In this document: positions 10,553 through 21,963 of the stretch, one piece after another
How the letters are laid out: each line of letters opens with the position of its first letter
Numbering within the stretch: the first letter of the stretch is position 1
Assembly: GCA_003282865.1 (NCBI GenBank)
Contig: QBYK01000002.1
Coordinates: 14,562-78,561 of the forward strand
Length of the DNA stretch: 64,000 nt
Source of the DNA: SAR116 cluster bacterium AG-325-I21
Lineage (GTDB): Bacteria > Pseudomonadota > Alphaproteobacteria > Puniceispirillales > Puniceispirillaceae
Direction of reading: 5' to 3'
The notes under the pieces: model-generated
What the model was told of the DNA's origin: nothing
Seen by the model: only the letters and a program-made list of their open reading frames with translations
Database searches by the model: none
Translations under genes and position numbers: made by a program

Positions 10553-11893
10553 ATGACTGCAATCAAAGTCCGATTTGCCCCAAGCCCGACGGGAAGGATG
10601 CATGTTGGCAATTTACGGACCGCCCTAGTTAACTACCTTTTTGCGCGAAAAATGGGTGGCCAGTTTATGCTTCGCATTGATGATACTGACACGGAACGAT
10701 CAACCACTGCGTTTGAGACTGACATTCGAGCTGATCTCGAATGGATGAGCATGGGGTGGGATTATGAAGATAGGCAATCATCAAGACTTGCGCGATATAA
10801 TGAAGTCCTTTCGAGGCTAGTCAAATCTGAACGCGCCTATGCTTGTTATGAAACTCAAGAAGAATTATCGCTAAAGCGCAAGGCCCAGCTTTCGGCAGGA
10901 CGTCCACCGGTTTATGATCGTGCAGGGTTAAAGTTAAGCACGGCAGAAAAAGAAAAATTCGAAGCAGAGGGGCGCCGCCCGCATTGGCGGTTTTTGCTAA
11001 ACGACGCCGATGTGAATTGGCATGATTTGGTGCGGGGTGATGTTGCTTATCATATGACCAGCCTGTCTGATCCAGTTTTAATGCGTGAAGATGGCAGAGT
11101 CATTTACACGATGGCGTCTGTGGTTGATGATATTGATCATGGCATAACTCATATCCTTCGGGGTGAAGATCATGTCACAAACTCGGCCGCGCAAATTCAG
11201 CTTTTTGAGGCTTTGGGTGCAAAAGCTCCAACAATGGGGCATATGGCATTGCTAGCTGGGGCAGGTGGTGAAGGCCTATCAAAGCGCCTTGGGAGTCTGT
11301 CAATTGCTGAGTTGCGTTCAAAGGGCATGGAGCCTGTTGCAATTGCTAGCCTACTCGCTCGCATCGGCACAGCTGATCCGGTGGAAGCACAGGCCAATAT
11401 GACTCGCATTATCGCCGGTTTTGACATAAGCCGGTTTGGCCGAGCCACAGCAAAATTTGATCTTGTAGAGCTGGAAAAAATTAATGGCCAGATTATTCAG
11501 GAAATGCCGTTTGATATTGTTAAAGATCGGCTGGCGGCCTCAGATGTTGGTGGGGGAGTGCTGTTCTGGGAAGCGGTGCGTGGAAATATCACGGTTGTTA
11601 GCGAGGCAAAAATTTGGTGGGACATATGCAGCAGTGAAATTATACCGGTTATTGGCTCGAAACAGGTGACGAAAACTGCTGCGGTTTTATTGCCAGCAGG
11701 CCCCCTTGATGCCTCCATTTGGAAAATGTGGACAGCCGCCATTGCCGCTGAAACAGGAATAAAGGGCAAAGGACTATTTATGCCACTCAGGCTTGCGCTC
11801 ACTGGCCGTGATACTGGTCCCGAACTCGCACCATTGCTTGCGATTATGGGCCGTGACCGAATCATTGCGCGTCTTAATGGGGTTTCGGCATGA
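10553..11893 (+). CDS. gltX: Glutamate--tRNA ligase
   Basis: RFAPSPTG-HVGN, LRIDDTD, RGEDHVTN, LSKR, PLRLALTG. Confidence 0.94.
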   Translation: MTAIKVRFAPSPTGRMHVGNLRTALVNYLFARKMGGQFMLRIDDTDTERSTTAFETDIRADLEWMSMGWDYEDRQSSRLARYNEVLSRLVKSERAYACYETQEELSLKRKAQLSAGRPPVYDRAGLKLSTAEKEKFEAEGRRPHWRFLLNDADVNWHDLVRGDVAYHMTSLSDPVLMREDGRVIYTMASVVDDIDHGITHILRGEDHVTNSAAQIQLFEALGAKAPTMGHMALLAGAGGEGLSKRLGSLSIAELRSKGMEPVAIASLLARIGTADPVEAQANMTRIIAGFDISRFGRATAKFDLVELEKINGQIIQEMPFDIVKDRLAASDVGGGVLFWEAVRGNITVVSEAKIWWDICSSEIIPVIGSKQVTKTAAVLLPAGPLDASIWKMWTAAIAAETGIKGKGLFMPLRLALTGRDTGPELAPLLAIMGRDRIIARLNGVSA

Positions 11894-13254
11894 ATACGCT
11901 TCGGCTGCATAACACCCTAACCCGTAAAAAAGAAGATTTCATCCCGATCGATTCAGATCATGTGCGGGTCTATGCATGTGGACCAACTGTCTATGGCCGT
12001 ATCCATGTTGGTAATGCGCGTCCCATTGTGGTGTTTGATGTGTTGATAAGGCTATTGCGCCTCCGCCATGCCAAGGTCACTTACGTTCGCAACATCACCG
12101 ATGTTGATGACAAAATTAACATACGGGCTGCAGAGCGCGGTATTTCAATAGATGAACTATGTACTGAAACCATCGACACATTTCATCAAGATACCGCGCG
12201 GTTAGGGTCGCTTGATCCGGATATTGAGCCACGCGCAACGCACCACATTGGTGAAATGCAGGAAATGATTATGACACTTGTCGATAAGGGACATGCCTAT
12301 GAAGCCTCTGGTCATGTGCTGTTTCAGGTTTCGAGCATGGATACTTACGGGGCATTATCGAAACGTTCGATGGATGATATGATTGCCGGCGCCCGTGTTG
12401 AAGTCGCGCCTTACAAGCGTGAAGCAGCTGACTTTATTTTATGGAAACCAAGCAATCAGAATCAGCCGGGGTGGAGCAGCCCCTGGGGGTGGGGTCGCCC
12501 GGGCTGGCATATCGAATGTTCGGCAATGGCAAAAACTTATCTTGGCGAGGTTTTTGATATTCATGCCGGTGGCCTTGATCTAATTTTCCCGCATCATGAA
12601 AACGAGATTGCGCAAAGCTGTTGCGCTCACGGTGGTGCGCACATGGCGCACTATTGGCTACATAACGGCTTTGTCACAATGAATGATGAAAAAATGTCAA
12701 AATCACTTGGTAATATCATTACGGTAACTGATGCGGCTAATAAATATCGCGGTGAAACCATACGCGCTGCACTGTTGTCTGCGCATTATCGGGCACCATT
12801 AGATTTATCCGACAATGCGATGCGCGATGCGCGGAATGGATTAGATCGCATGTATCGTGCTGTTGGTGATGTTGTCGCCATTCCAGCTAGGATTGATGAA
12901 GAATTTACCGCCTGCTTGCTCGATGATTTGAATACACCGGCGGCACTTGCACGTTTGCATGAGCTTGCAACGCTAGCAAACAAGGGAAGGGCGGGGGCAG
13001 ACGAGGCATTGAAATCCAGCGCGGCCGTTCTTGGCTTATTGCAGCAAAACGGCAGCGCATGGGCCAAAGCCGATGAAATAGTCCGGAGAGACGGCATAGA
13101 TGATACCGCCGTTGATGTGCTTATTATGGCCCGAAAACAGGCGCGTGCAGACCGTGATTTTACCACGGCTGATGAAATCCGTGATCAATTGACCGAAGCT
13201 GGTATCATTCTTGAAGATAGCATTGATGGAACAACTTGGCGGCGACGCTGGTAA
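11890..13254 (+). CDS. cysS: Cysteine--tRNA ligase
   Basis: CGPTVY-HVGN, GRPGWHIECSAM, FPHHENE, KMSKSLGN. Confidence 0.97.
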   Translation: MNTLRLHNTLTRKKEDFIPIDSDHVRVYACGPTVYGRIHVGNARPIVVFDVLIRLLRLRHAKVTYVRNITDVDDKINIRAAERGISIDELCTETIDTFHQDTARLGSLDPDIEPRATHHIGEMQEMIMTLVDKGHAYEASGHVLFQVSSMDTYGALSKRSMDDMIAGARVEVAPYKREAADFILWKPSNQNQPGWSSPWGWGRPGWHIECSAMAKTYLGEVFDIHAGGLDLIFPHHENEIAQSCCAHGGAHMAHYWLHNGFVTMNDEKMSKSLGNIITVTDAANKYRGETIRAALLSAHYRAPLDLSDNAMRDARNGLDRMYRAVGDVVAIPARIDEEFTACLLDDLNTPAALARLHELATLANKGRAGADEALKSSAAVLGLLQQNGSAWAKADEIVRRDGIDDTAVDVLIMARKQARADRDFTTADEIRDQLTEAGIILEDSIDGTTWRRRW

Positions 13255-13350
13255 TGACCGCACAATTTTGTTAGACCGTTTCACTAAAAGACCCATGATG
13301 GGCCCTGCTAACCTCTGATGGCTTAGCAAGGACGAAGCGGGAGGTTACCA

Positions 13351-14967
13351 ATGAGTAGCGATAAAATATGGCTTTTTGACACCACATTACGCGACGGCGG
13401 ACAAACGCGTGGTGTTGATTTTTCGCGCGCGGATAAGATTGCGATTGCCCATGCGCTCGATGATATTGGCATTGATTATATTGAAGCTGGCTGGCCCGGT
13501 GCGAACCCTACTGATGATGCATTTTTTGAAAAGCCACCAAAATTTAAGAATGCCAGGCTAGTTTCCTTCGGCATGACAAGGCGTGGTGGACGCAGTGCGG
13601 CAAATGATCCGGGACTGAATGCGGTAATCGATGCTGACGTTGATGCTGCATGTCTGGTCGGAAAAACATGGGATTTCCATGTAAAAACAGCGCTCAATAC
13701 GTCTCTCGATGAAAATCTTGAGATGATCCGCCAGTCATTGATCGCTGCAAAAGAGCGTGGCCGCGAGCCGATGTTTGATTGTGAACATTTCTTTGATGGT
13801 TTTAAAAATAACTCAGCTTTCGCCCTTGATTGTGTCCGAGCTGCTACCGAAGGTGGGGCAAACTGGGTGGTGTTGTGCGATACTAATGGCGGTACATTAC
13901 CAGATGAGGTTTTTAAGATTGTGAACCATGTGCATAAACAAATGCCAGATGTGCGGCTTGGCATTCATTGCCATAATGATGCCGGTGTTGCGATTGCCAA
14001 CTCGCTTGCTGCAGTTGCTGCTGGCGCACGTCAAGTTCAAGGCACGATCAATGGCCTTGGCGAGAGGTGCGGAAATGCCAATCTCATTTCCTTGATCCCA
14101 ACATTGGTGCTTAAAACTGATTATGAAACAAGTGTTTCAGAAGCTAATCTGCCTAAATTGATGGGGCTGTCACGCTTCCTTGATGATCGTTTGAACCGAT
14201 CTTCTGATGCGCATGCCCCCTACGTTGGAGCGGCTGCCTTTGCCCATAAGGGTGGGTTGCACGCATCAGCCGCTCAAAAGGATCCACGCACCTACGAGCA
14301 TGTGCCTCCTGAAAAGGTAGGCAATGAACGGCACTATCTCGTGTCCGATCAAGCTGGTCGGTCCAATATGTTGGCGCGGTTTGCCCAATTCAACATCGAG
14401 ATTGACCCTAGCGATGAGCGGCTTGAGACGTTGATTAGTTTGGTTAAGGAAAAGGAATTTGAAGGCTGGTCCTTCGACTCAGCGGAGGCAAGTTTTGAGC
14501 TTTTGGCTCGCCAAATGCTTGGTGAGGTGCCTGAATATTTCCGGATTGGCCGGTTTCGTGTGATGGATGAACGTCGTTTCAATGCGCGTGGCGATTTGGT
14601 TGTTGAGTCCGAGGCCACAACAACAATCTTTGTTGGTAATGAGAGTTTTCACGAAGCTGCTGTTGGAAATGGTCCAGTGAACGCTGTGGATACGGCAATG
14701 CGAAAGGCGCTTGTTGCGGCCTATCCATCTTTGGCTGATGTTGAATTAGTGGATTATAAAGTCCGCATTTTAGACGCTGCCGGAGGCTCTGGCACCGGTG
14801 CAATAACACGGGTGATGATCGAATTTTGTGTTCCAGACGGCACTGTTTGGCGTACTGTTGGCCTTTCGACTAACATTATTGACGCATCGGTTGCCGCGCT
14901 TGGTGATGGCATGATCTGGAAACTGCAGCATGACAAGGTTGCTGGTCCGAAGCCAAATCAGGCATAG
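13351..14967 (+). CDS. cimA: Citramalate synthase (LeuA/CimA family)
   Basis: DTTLRDG, EHFFDG, LCDTNGG, HCHND, GERCGN, AFAHKGGLH, GNGPVNA. Confidence 0.9.
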   Translation: MSSDKIWLFDTTLRDGGQTRGVDFSRADKIAIAHALDDIGIDYIEAGWPGANPTDDAFFEKPPKFKNARLVSFGMTRRGGRSAANDPGLNAVIDADVDAACLVGKTWDFHVKTALNTSLDENLEMIRQSLIAAKERGREPMFDCEHFFDGFKNNSAFALDCVRAATEGGANWVVLCDTNGGTLPDEVFKIVNHVHKQMPDVRLGIHCHNDAGVAIANSLAAVAAGARQVQGTINGLGERCGNANLISLIPTLVLKTDYETSVSEANLPKLMGLSRFLDDRLNRSSDAHAPYVGAAAFAHKGGLHASAAQKDPRTYEHVPPEKVGNERHYLVSDQAGRSNMLARFAQFNIEIDPSDERLETLISLVKEKEFEGWSFDSAEASFELLARQMLGEVPEYFRIGRFRVMDERRFNARGDLVVESEATTTIFVGNESFHEAAVGNGPVNAVDTAMRKALVAAYPSLADVELVDYKVRILDAAGGSGTGAITRVMIEFCVPDGTVWRTVGLSTNIIDASVAALGDGMIWKLQHDKVAGPKPNQA

Positions 14968-15761
14968 TGACTATGGTGACTTTGGCAACTGCCCCCATTG
15001 TGATTCTGGCGCGCCCTCAAATGGGCGAAAATATTGGCGCCGCAGCGCGTGCCATGATGAATTGCGGGCTTGCTGATCTCCGGCTCGTTAGCCCACGTGA
15101 TGGCTGGCCGAATCCATTGGCAGTGCCAATGGCGGCTGGTGGTAGTGAAATCGTCGAAAATGCAGTAGTTTTTAAAAGTCTAGCCGACGCCACGTATGAC
15201 GTGTCATTTATGGTAGCGGCCAGTGCGAGGCGCCGTGATCTCCCGATAAAAAATGCCGACCCTCGACTTGCTGCCACCCTGCTATTGGCGCATGCTAGAG
15301 GCGCTTCAGCATTTGACACGGGCGTAGAACCGAGCCCTCGAACAGCATTGTTGTTTGGACCAGAAGCATCAGGACTTAACAATGATGAGGTGGTACTTGC
15401 TGACGTTCTTGTGACAGCGCCGTTGAATCCTGCCTATCCGTCTCTAAATTTGGCACAGGCGGTGTTTTTGATGGCGTGGGAGTGGCGCATGGCAGCTCAT
15501 TCGGGAGATACAACAGAGCCAGTGCTAACAACTCCGCAACCGAACATGCCAGATGGGCAGCGTGCCTCAATTCAGGAGCGTGACTTCTTCTTTCAGCGGC
15601 TTGAAACCGCACTTGACGACGGTGATTTCTTCACCGCGCCCGATATGGCGGTTTCAGTGAAGCGGAATATACGTGCGCTTTTTTCGCGGGCGATGCCTTC
15701 TGTTCAGGAAATAAGCACACTTCACGGCGTTATTCAGGCCTTAAAACGTCAACGAAAATAA
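14967..15761 (+). CDS. trmJ: SPOUT RNA methyltransferase, TrmJ/LasT family
   Basis: PQMGENIGAAARAM, FGPEASGLNN, SLNLAQAV. Confidence 0.88.
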   Translation: MTMVTLATAPIVILARPQMGENIGAAARAMMNCGLADLRLVSPRDGWPNPLAVPMAAGGSEIVENAVVFKSLADATYDVSFMVAASARRRDLPIKNADPRLAATLLLAHARGASAFDTGVEPSPRTALLFGPEASGLNNDEVVLADVLVTAPLNPAYPSLNLAQAVFLMAWEWRMAAHSGDTTEPVLTTPQPNMPDGQRASIQERDFFFQRLETALDDGDFFTAPDMAVSVKRNIRALFSRAMPSVQEISTLHGVIQALKRQRK

Positions 15762-15932
15762 CTACGAGTTTATATTAGCTTAAATTATTTGACAATTGAC
15801 CTTAATCCCCTTAATTTCCCGCCAATTCTCGGAAACGTGGATTGCACCAGCGGGGTGTGATGCCGGTCAATACAACAGCAAAGACTGTTTTGCGGCCCTA
15901 CCGGGACAACAATGGAACAAGGGAGCTTATCA

Positions 15933-16559
15933 ATGGCGAAATCCGATCATAAGCGGCATTCCGCGAAACATAAGATTGATCGCCGTCTAGGAGTTAACCT
16001 CTGGGGTCGTCCAAAATCTCCTGTAAACGCTCGTGAATATGGCCCGGGTCAACATGGCCAGAGGCGTAAAAAGCCGACCGATTTCGGTGTACAACTGATG
16101 GCAAAGCAAAAGTTGAAAGGCTATTACGGGAATATTGGTGAAAAGCAATTTAAGAAATACTATGCTGAAGCAGTTCGTCGTCGCGGTGACACGGGTCAGA
16201 ACCTCATCGGTATTCTTGAATGTCGCCTGGATGCGGTTTTGTATCGTGCCAAGTTAGTTCCAACCGTGTTTGCATCGCGCCAGACTATCAATCATGGTCA
16301 TGTCATGCTGAATGGGAGACGCTGTAATATAGCCTCTGTAATGTTAAAGCCGGGCGATGTTGTCAGCCTGAAAGAGAAAGCAAGGAACATTCCAGCTGTT
16401 CTTGATGCCATCGCATCGGTTGAACGCGATGTGCCAGAGTATGTTAATGCTGATCACAATAAATTCACTGCAACATTTGTTAGGGTGCCGGGTCTTGACG
16501 AGGTGCCATATCCGGTTCAAATGGAACCAAACTTGGTGGTCGAGTATTATTCACGCTAA
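15933..16559 (+). CDS. rpsD: 30S ribosomal protein S4
   Basis: [46 protein letters not shown] 15933 follows GGGAG. Confidence 0.97.
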   Translation: MAKSDHKRHSAKHKIDRRLGVNLWGRPKSPVNAREYGPGQHGQRRKKPTDFGVQLMAKQKLKGYYGNIGEKQFKKYYAEAVRRRGDTGQNLIGILECRLDAVLYRAKLVPTVFASRQTINHGHVMLNGRRCNIASVMLKPGDVVSLKEKARNIPAVLDAIASVERDVPEYVNADHNKFTATFVRVPGLDEVPYPVQMEPNLVVEYYSR

Positions 16560-16605
16560 GCGTCTACTACCGAACTTTTTTGCGAGCACAACTGCAAAGT
16601 TTATG

Positions 16606-16634
16606 AAAAGGCGGCACAAAAGCACCGCCTTTTT
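16606..16634 (+). terminator. Rho-independent terminator after rpsD (bidirectional form)
   Basis: AAAAGGCGG-cacaaaagca-CCGCCTTTTT hairpin with A and T tracts. Confidence 0.8.
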
Positions 16635-16784
16635 ATGTTCAAGCACTCTTTTCTAATTCGCGTTGTTTGCCGTTTCTCGTCATTAAACCGATTTTATACA
16701 TGGCGAGTAGAAAAAAAGAGAGGTACAAAAAAGTTGGTTTCTAGCGCGTTGCGGGTAGCTTTGAGGTTGAGGAGGGCTTTTGCC

Positions 16785-17159
16785 ATGAATGACTCAAAAA
16801 ACCAGGTAGATAATAGGTGGCCAGATCGCTATTTTGCTGCCATTTTTACGACACAACGTAGCCACAGCGGGGATGATGTTTACGAAATTATGGCAGGCCG
16901 AATGATAACATTGGCCCAGAAGCAAAAGGGATTTTTGGGCCTTGAGGCAGTACGTGGTGATGATGGCATGGCTATCACAGTTTCCTACTGGACCGACCGC
17001 AACGCTATCCAGAATTGGGGACGGCAAGCCGAGCACGTGTCTGTCCAGGCTATGGGCCGGCAGGAATTCTATCAATGGTACAGAATCCGTATCGCCGAAG
17101 TTTTGGCCGATCGAGGTTTTATGTCTAGTGACGCAATTGTCGCGGGCCCCGTTGCTTAG
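16785..17159 (+). CDS. Antibiotic biosynthesis monooxygenase (ABM) family protein
   Basis: YFAAIFT, GFLGLE, ITVSYW, EH..Q..G...Y. ATG 16785 follows GGAGG. Confidence 0.85.
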   Translation: MNDSKNQVDNRWPDRYFAAIFTTQRSHSGDDVYEIMAGRMITLAQKQKGFLGLEAVRGDDGMAITVSYWTDRNAIQNWGRQAEHVSVQAMGRQEFYQWYRIRIAEVLADRGFMSSDAIVAGPVA

Positions 17160-17218
17160 CTGTTGCACAAGGTTTGTCTCCGGTTGCTATTCGCTCCCGT
17201 TTTGTTTCTATCAATGGT

Positions 17219-17557
17219 CTAAGCTGGATGAGCATCGATGCCGTGTGTCTGGAACATCTCAGTTAACTCACCGGATTCATACATTTCACGAATGATGTCA
17301 CAGCCGCCAACAAATTCTCCCTTTACGTATAGCTGTGGAATTGTTGGCCAATCTGAATAAGCTTTAATCCCTTCACGGATTTCATCGTCCTCCAGAACGT
17401 TAATGCCCCGGAATTTCACGCCAAGATGTGAGAGAACGCCGACGGTGGCTGCGGAAAACCCACATTGCGGAAAGACAGGTGTGCCCTTCATGAATAGCAC
17501 AACCTGTTCACTGTTGATTTCGTTATCAAGTCGGGCTTTAATCGCGTCATCTAACAT
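17219..17557 (-). CDS. grxD: Monothiol glutaredoxin Grx4
   Basis: MKG..FPQCGFS, WPTIPQLYV, GGCDI. Confidence 0.96.
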   Translation of the reverse strand: MLDDAIKARLDNEINSEQVVLFMKGTPVFPQCGFSAATVGVLSHLGVKFRGINVLEDDEIREGIKAYSDWPTIPQLYVKGEFVGGCDIIREMYESGELTEMFQTHGIDAHPA

Positions 17558-17602
17558 AATTTTCTCCTCAAACTGAGTGGTTTTCCCTTTTGTAATTGGT
17601 AC

Positions 17603-17839
17603 CTATTTTTGTGGTGCCGATGTTTGTAAGGCAAGTGCGTGCAGTGTTCCACCCATGCGTCCCCCGAGTGCTTTATAAACCATTTGGTGTTGCTGAACGC
17701 GGTTCTTGCCAGTAAAAGCGTGTGATACAACATTACAAGCGTAGTGATCGCCGTCACCACGTAAATCTTCAATAGCAATAATCGCATCGGGGAAGGCCGC
17801 TTTTATCAACTCTTCAATTTCGTTTGCTGCCATTGCCAT
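17603..17839 (-). CDS. bolA: BolA family protein
   Basis: GDGDHY, F.GK.RVQQHQMVY, LHALAL. Adjacent to grxD. Confidence 0.93.
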   Translation of the reverse strand: MAMAANEIEELIKAAFPDAIIAIEDLRGDGDHYACNVVSHAFTGKNRVQQHQMVYKALGGRMGGTLHALALQTSAPQK

Positions 17840-17892
17840 AAGTGCTGCTCCTCTTCATTGCTGAATGCGCCTTGGGCCAAACCTGTGTGGAT

Positions 17893-20103
17893 TTAACCAA
17901 CCATCAATGATGGGATGCAGCCTTCAAAGACGCCGCATACCTCATTGATTGATATGGTGTCACTATCACCAAATTTCAATTCGCTATCCGCGACAACCAT
18001 ACCAATCTTCGTGATTTCAATGCCAGCATCTTTTGCGGCCGCGATCAACGCGGCGTCATCGGCAGTGCTGACAACAAAACGAGCCTGATCCTCGCCAAAA
18101 GCCCAGCCATGAAGGTGACCCGATGCTGGGGTCGTAATGTTGGCGCCAAGCCCTGACTTCATGGCCATTTCAGCAATCGCAACTGCTAACCCGCCATCAC
18201 TGATATCATGTGCGGCATTAATCTTGCCAGCAAGGATTTGCTGACGAACAAAGCTGCCATGGCTCCGTTCATCTGAAAGGTCTATTGGTGGCGGTGCGTA
18301 GATTTTATTATCGCCAAAATGCTGCTGGTAAATTGATGCACCAAGCCAGCCATCAATTGTGCCATCACCCTGACCAATAACTAAAATATGGTTACCAGCA
18401 GCGATAAAGCTATTGCCAACAGCCGTCTCAACATTATCAATAACCCCAACCATGCCAATCACCGGACAGGGTTGGATGGCATTGCCATCTGTTTCATTAT
18501 AGAGGGATACATTGCCAGAAACGACTGGCGTATCAAGCATACGAGCAGCATCACCCATTCCAGTTACCGACTCAATGAGCTGGGTCATGATTTCGGGTTT
18601 TTCCGGGTTGCCAAAATTCAGGTTATTGGTGATGGCAAGCGGGGTTGCGCCAATCGCTGATAAATTGCGATAGGCTTCGGCAACGGCTTGTGCGCCGCCG
18701 GTTTTTGGATCTGCCTCGACATAGCGGGGCGTGCAATCGGTGCTGATTGCGAGGCCGCGGCTGCTACCATGTACTCGAACTAACGCCGCATCGCCGCCGG
18801 GCCCAGCCATCGTATCGGCCATAACTTGACTGTCATATTGTTCATAAATCCAACGGCGGCTAGCCAGATCAACATGACCAAGCATTAACTTTAACACCAG
18901 GCTAATTGGACTGTCAGTGACAATTTCGGCGCTGGCAAGCTGCGGGCGGGACGGGGCTTCACCATGTGGGCGATCATATTCAGGCGCATCATCAACGAGC
19001 GGGCCGATGGGGATGTCACAAACGGCCCCGCCATTTTTTAAAAGGACAAGTCGGCCGGTTTCTGTCACCTGGCCAATGGGCATAAAATCAAGATCCCATT
19101 TATCGAAAACGGCCCGCGCTCTTTCGGTTGCATCAGGCTTTAAAACCATCAGCATGCGTTCTTGCGATTCTGATAGCATCAATTCATAAGCTGACATGTT
19201 ACCTTCACGTGTTGGCACAAGGTCAAGGTCAATTTCCATACCTAGCCCGCCTTTTGAAGCCATCTCAACCGATGATGAGGTAAGCCCAGCAGCGCCCATA
19301 TCCTGAATCGACAGGACGGAGTCAGAGGCCATCAACTCAAGACAGGCCTCCATTAGCAATTTTCCCGTGAATGGGTCACCAACCTGGACGGTTGGTCGCT
19401 TACTTTCGGTTTCATCAGAAAACTCTGCCGATGCCATGGTGGCACCATGAATGCCATCGCGCCCGGTTTTTGCCCCAACATAAATCACGGGATTGCCTGG
19501 ACCAGTGGCGGCTGACCGGAAAATGCGGTCACTGTTTGCTAAGCCAACAGCCATCGCATTCACAAGAATATTACCATTATAGGACTTGTCAAAATTGACC
19601 TCGCCCCCAACCGTGGGAATGCCAATGCAGTTGCCATAACCGCCAATGCCTGACACGACACCACTAACAAGGTGGCGGGTTCTGTCATTATTAACCTCAC
19701 CGAAGCGAAGCGCGTTCAAAAGCGCAACAGGACGCGCGCCCATGGTAAAGACATCGCGCAAGATACCGCCAACGCCCGTTGCAGCCCCCTGATAGGGTTC
19801 GATAAATGAGGGGTGATTATGGCTTTCAATTTTGAAGATCGCTGCAAGCCCGCCACCAATATCGACGGCCCCCGCATTCTCGCCAGGTCCTTCAATAACT
19901 TGAGGGCCATCAATTGGCAGAGTTTTTAGCCATTTTTTTGATGACTTATATGAGCAATGTTCGGACCACATTGCGGAAAATATGCCAAGTTCGCAAAGGT
20001 TTGGAACACGACCAAGGCGCTGGGTAATTAGGTCCCACTCATCGCGGGACAACCCCATTGCGCTAGCATTCTTAAAAGTCATGTTATCTGATGCTGAAGT
20101 CAT
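17893..20103 (-). CDS. purL: Phosphoribosylformylglycinamidine synthase subunit PurL
   Basis: [40 protein letters not shown]. Confidence 0.97.
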   Translation of the reverse strand: MTSASDNMTFKNASAMGLSRDEWDLITQRLGRVPNLCELGIFSAMWSEHCSYKSSKKWLKTLPIDGPQVIEGPGENAGAVDIGGGLAAIFKIESHNHPSFIEPYQGAATGVGGILRDVFTMGARPVALLNALRFGEVNNDRTRHLVSGVVSGIGGYGNCIGIPTVGGEVNFDKSYNGNILVNAMAVGLANSDRIFRSAATGPGNPVIYVGAKTGRDGIHGATMASAEFSDETESKRPTVQVGDPFTGKLLMEACLELMASDSVLSIQDMGAAGLTSSSVEMASKGGLGMEIDLDLVPTREGNMSAYELMLSESQERMLMVLKPDATERARAVFDKWDLDFMPIGQVTETGRLVLLKNGGAVCDIPIGPLVDDAPEYDRPHGEAPSRPQLASAEIVTDSPISLVLKLMLGHVDLASRRWIYEQYDSQVMADTMAGPGGDAALVRVHGSSRGLAISTDCTPRYVEADPKTGGAQAVAEAYRNLSAIGATPLAITNNLNFGNPEKPEIMTQLIESVTGMGDAARMLDTPVVSGNVSLYNETDGNAIQPCPVIGMVGVIDNVETAVGNSFIAAGNHILVIGQGDGTIDGWLGASIYQQHFGDNKIYAPPPIDLSDERSHGSFVRQQILAGKINAAHDISDGGLAVAIAEMAMKSGLGANITTPASGHLHGWAFGEDQARFVVSTADDAALIAAAKDAGIEITKIGMVVADSELKFGDSDTISINEVCGVFEGCIPSLMVG

Positions 20104-20804
20104 GATACCAAAGCCTCAAGCGATTTTAACAGGAAATAGGCGCCATCGCTGCCACCGTGCAAATCTGACATGGCACGTTCGGGATGAGGCATCATGCCAA
20201 TTACCCGTCCATTTCTGGAAATGACACCAGCAATATCACGGGCTGCACCATTCGGATTTGCTTTCCCAATTATGCTGCTATCGGTGTATCGGAATGCAAT
20301 CTGTCCTTCACCTTCCAGCTGGTCAAGCTCGCCAGGTTCGGCAAAGTAATTACCCTCATTATGGGCAATCGGAAGGGTCAAATTCTTGTTGATTGCCAAT
20401 TTGGACGTAAATGGAGATGCTAGTGTTTTGCATACTTGTAACCTGACATTCCGGCAGGCAAATTTTAACTCCGCATTGCGGATAAGAACACCTGGTACCA
20501 TACCGGTTTCTGTTAAGACCTGGAACCCGTTGCAAATGCCCATCACAGCCCCGCCCCGTGCGGCATGATCCAGCACTGCATTCATGATGGGCGATCGTCC
20601 TGCAAGCGCTCCGCAGCGCAAATAATCACCAAAAGAAAATCCACCCGGAATTATAACAAGATCAGCAGCCTCTAAACTGGCTTCTTTGTGCCAGACAAGT
20701 GCGGGGCGACGAGATGTCAATTGCTCAATGGCAACCATAATGTCCCGATCGCAGTTAGATCCGGGAAAAACGATAATGGCTACACGCAAGGCTGAGAGGG
20801 TCAT
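20100..20804 (-). CDS. purQ: FGAM synthase glutaminase subunit PurQ
   Basis: [33 protein letters not shown]. Confidence 0.97.
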   Translation of the reverse strand: MTLSALRVAIIVFPGSNCDRDIMVAIEQLTSRRPALVWHKEASLEAADLVIIPGGFSFGDYLRCGALAGRSPIMNAVLDHAARGGAVMGICNGFQVLTETGMVPGVLIRNAELKFACRNVRLQVCKTLASPFTSKLAINKNLTLPIAHNEGNYFAEPGELDQLEGEGQIAFRYTDSSIIGKANPNGAARDIAGVISRNGRVIGMMPHPERAMSDLHGGSDGAYFLLKSLEALVS

Positions 20805-20858
20805 GGTATTTTTCGCATTACTGGTTACGGGATGATAAGGCGTTGTTTTTGGGTGGGG

Positions 20859-21107
20859 TCACTTTTCGTCAGCGACAACTATTGAATAATTTTCGATCAC
20901 GGTGTTTGCCAACAATGTCTCGCACATTCGGGCAACGCGCTGGCGAAGTCGGGCCGGATCATTCTCATCAATTTCAAGCAGGATTTGTTTGCCAACCCGC
21001 ACATCGCTGACTTCGCTAAACCCAAGATCGTTTAGCGAATGCGAAATTGCCCGTCCTTGCGGATCAAGAACACCGTCTTTTAACACAATATTTACAATGG
21101 CTTGCAT
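20859..21107 (-). CDS. purS: FGAM synthase subunit PurS
   Basis: LKDGVLDPQG, VRVGK, LLANTVIENY. Start at MQAIV. Confidence 0.95.
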   Translation of the reverse strand: MQAIVNIVLKDGVLDPQGRAISHSLNDLGFSEVSDVRVGKQILLEIDENDPARLRQRVARMCETLLANTVIENYSIVVADEK

Positions 21108-21181
21108 CTTTATGCCCTTTATTTTGTTTGTCTTTTTATGCACGGATAACAAAACAACAACAGCCACGAAAGGCCTGCTGT

Positions 21182-21916
21182 CTAGTTAACCTGCGGTATT
21201 TTTACCCCAAGGCGCCGCGCAATTTCCTTGTAAGCTTCAAGCAGTCCACCCAGATCACGCCGGAACCTGTCCTTGTCCATTTTTTCGTTAGTCTTTGCGT
21301 CCCATAGCCGGCAATTATCAGGGCTAATTTCATCGGCGAGCATTATTTCAACCGCACCATCGGTCCAGTAACGCCCAAACTCAAGTTTGAAATCAATCAA
21401 TCTGACACCAATCCCGAGGAATAGGCCGGTTAGAAAATCATTGATACGCAGGGTATCCTCTACAATGATTTCAAGCTCATCCGGTGTCGCCCAGCCAAAA
21501 GTGAAAATATGCTCTGGTGCAATGATGGGGTCGCCAAGGCTATCATTCTTCAAACAGAATTCGACTAGTGTATTATTTAGCATCGTGCCCTCCTCAATGC
21601 CAAGGCGGGGACAAATAGACCCGGCGGCAACATTGCGGACTACCACTTCTACCGGAATAATCTCCAGCTTGCGGACCAACTGCTCGCGATCATTGACGCG
21701 GCTGATAAAATGATTGGGAATGCCAAGTTCGCGAGCCGCCAGCATGATATGTTCGCTGATATAGTTATTCAGAATGCCCTTGCCCGTGATCACATCTTTT
21801 TTTTGAGCGTTGAAAGCGGTGGCGTCATCCTTGAAATACTGAACAAGCGTATGAGCTTCTGGCCCGTCAAAAATGACTTTGGCCTTGCCCTCATAAAGCG
21901 GTTTTTTCTTTTTCAT
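21182..21916 (-). CDS. purC: SAICAR synthase
   Basis: [36 protein letters not shown]. Confidence 0.97.
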   Translation of the reverse strand: MKKKKPLYEGKAKVIFDGPEAHTLVQYFKDDATAFNAQKKDVITGKGILNNYISEHIMLAARELGIPNHFISRVNDREQLVRKLEIIPVEVVVRNVAAGSICPRLGIEEGTMLNNTLVEFCLKNDSLGDPIIAPEHIFTFGWATPDELEIIVEDTLRINDFLTGLFLGIGVRLIDFKLEFGRYWTDGAVEIMLADEISPDNCRLWDAKTNEKMDKDRFRRDLGGLLEAYKEIARRLGVKIPQVN

Positions 21917-21963
21917 GCTGCTAAACCCTGTGGTAATCTGAAACGCGGTCAGGTCGAAATGAG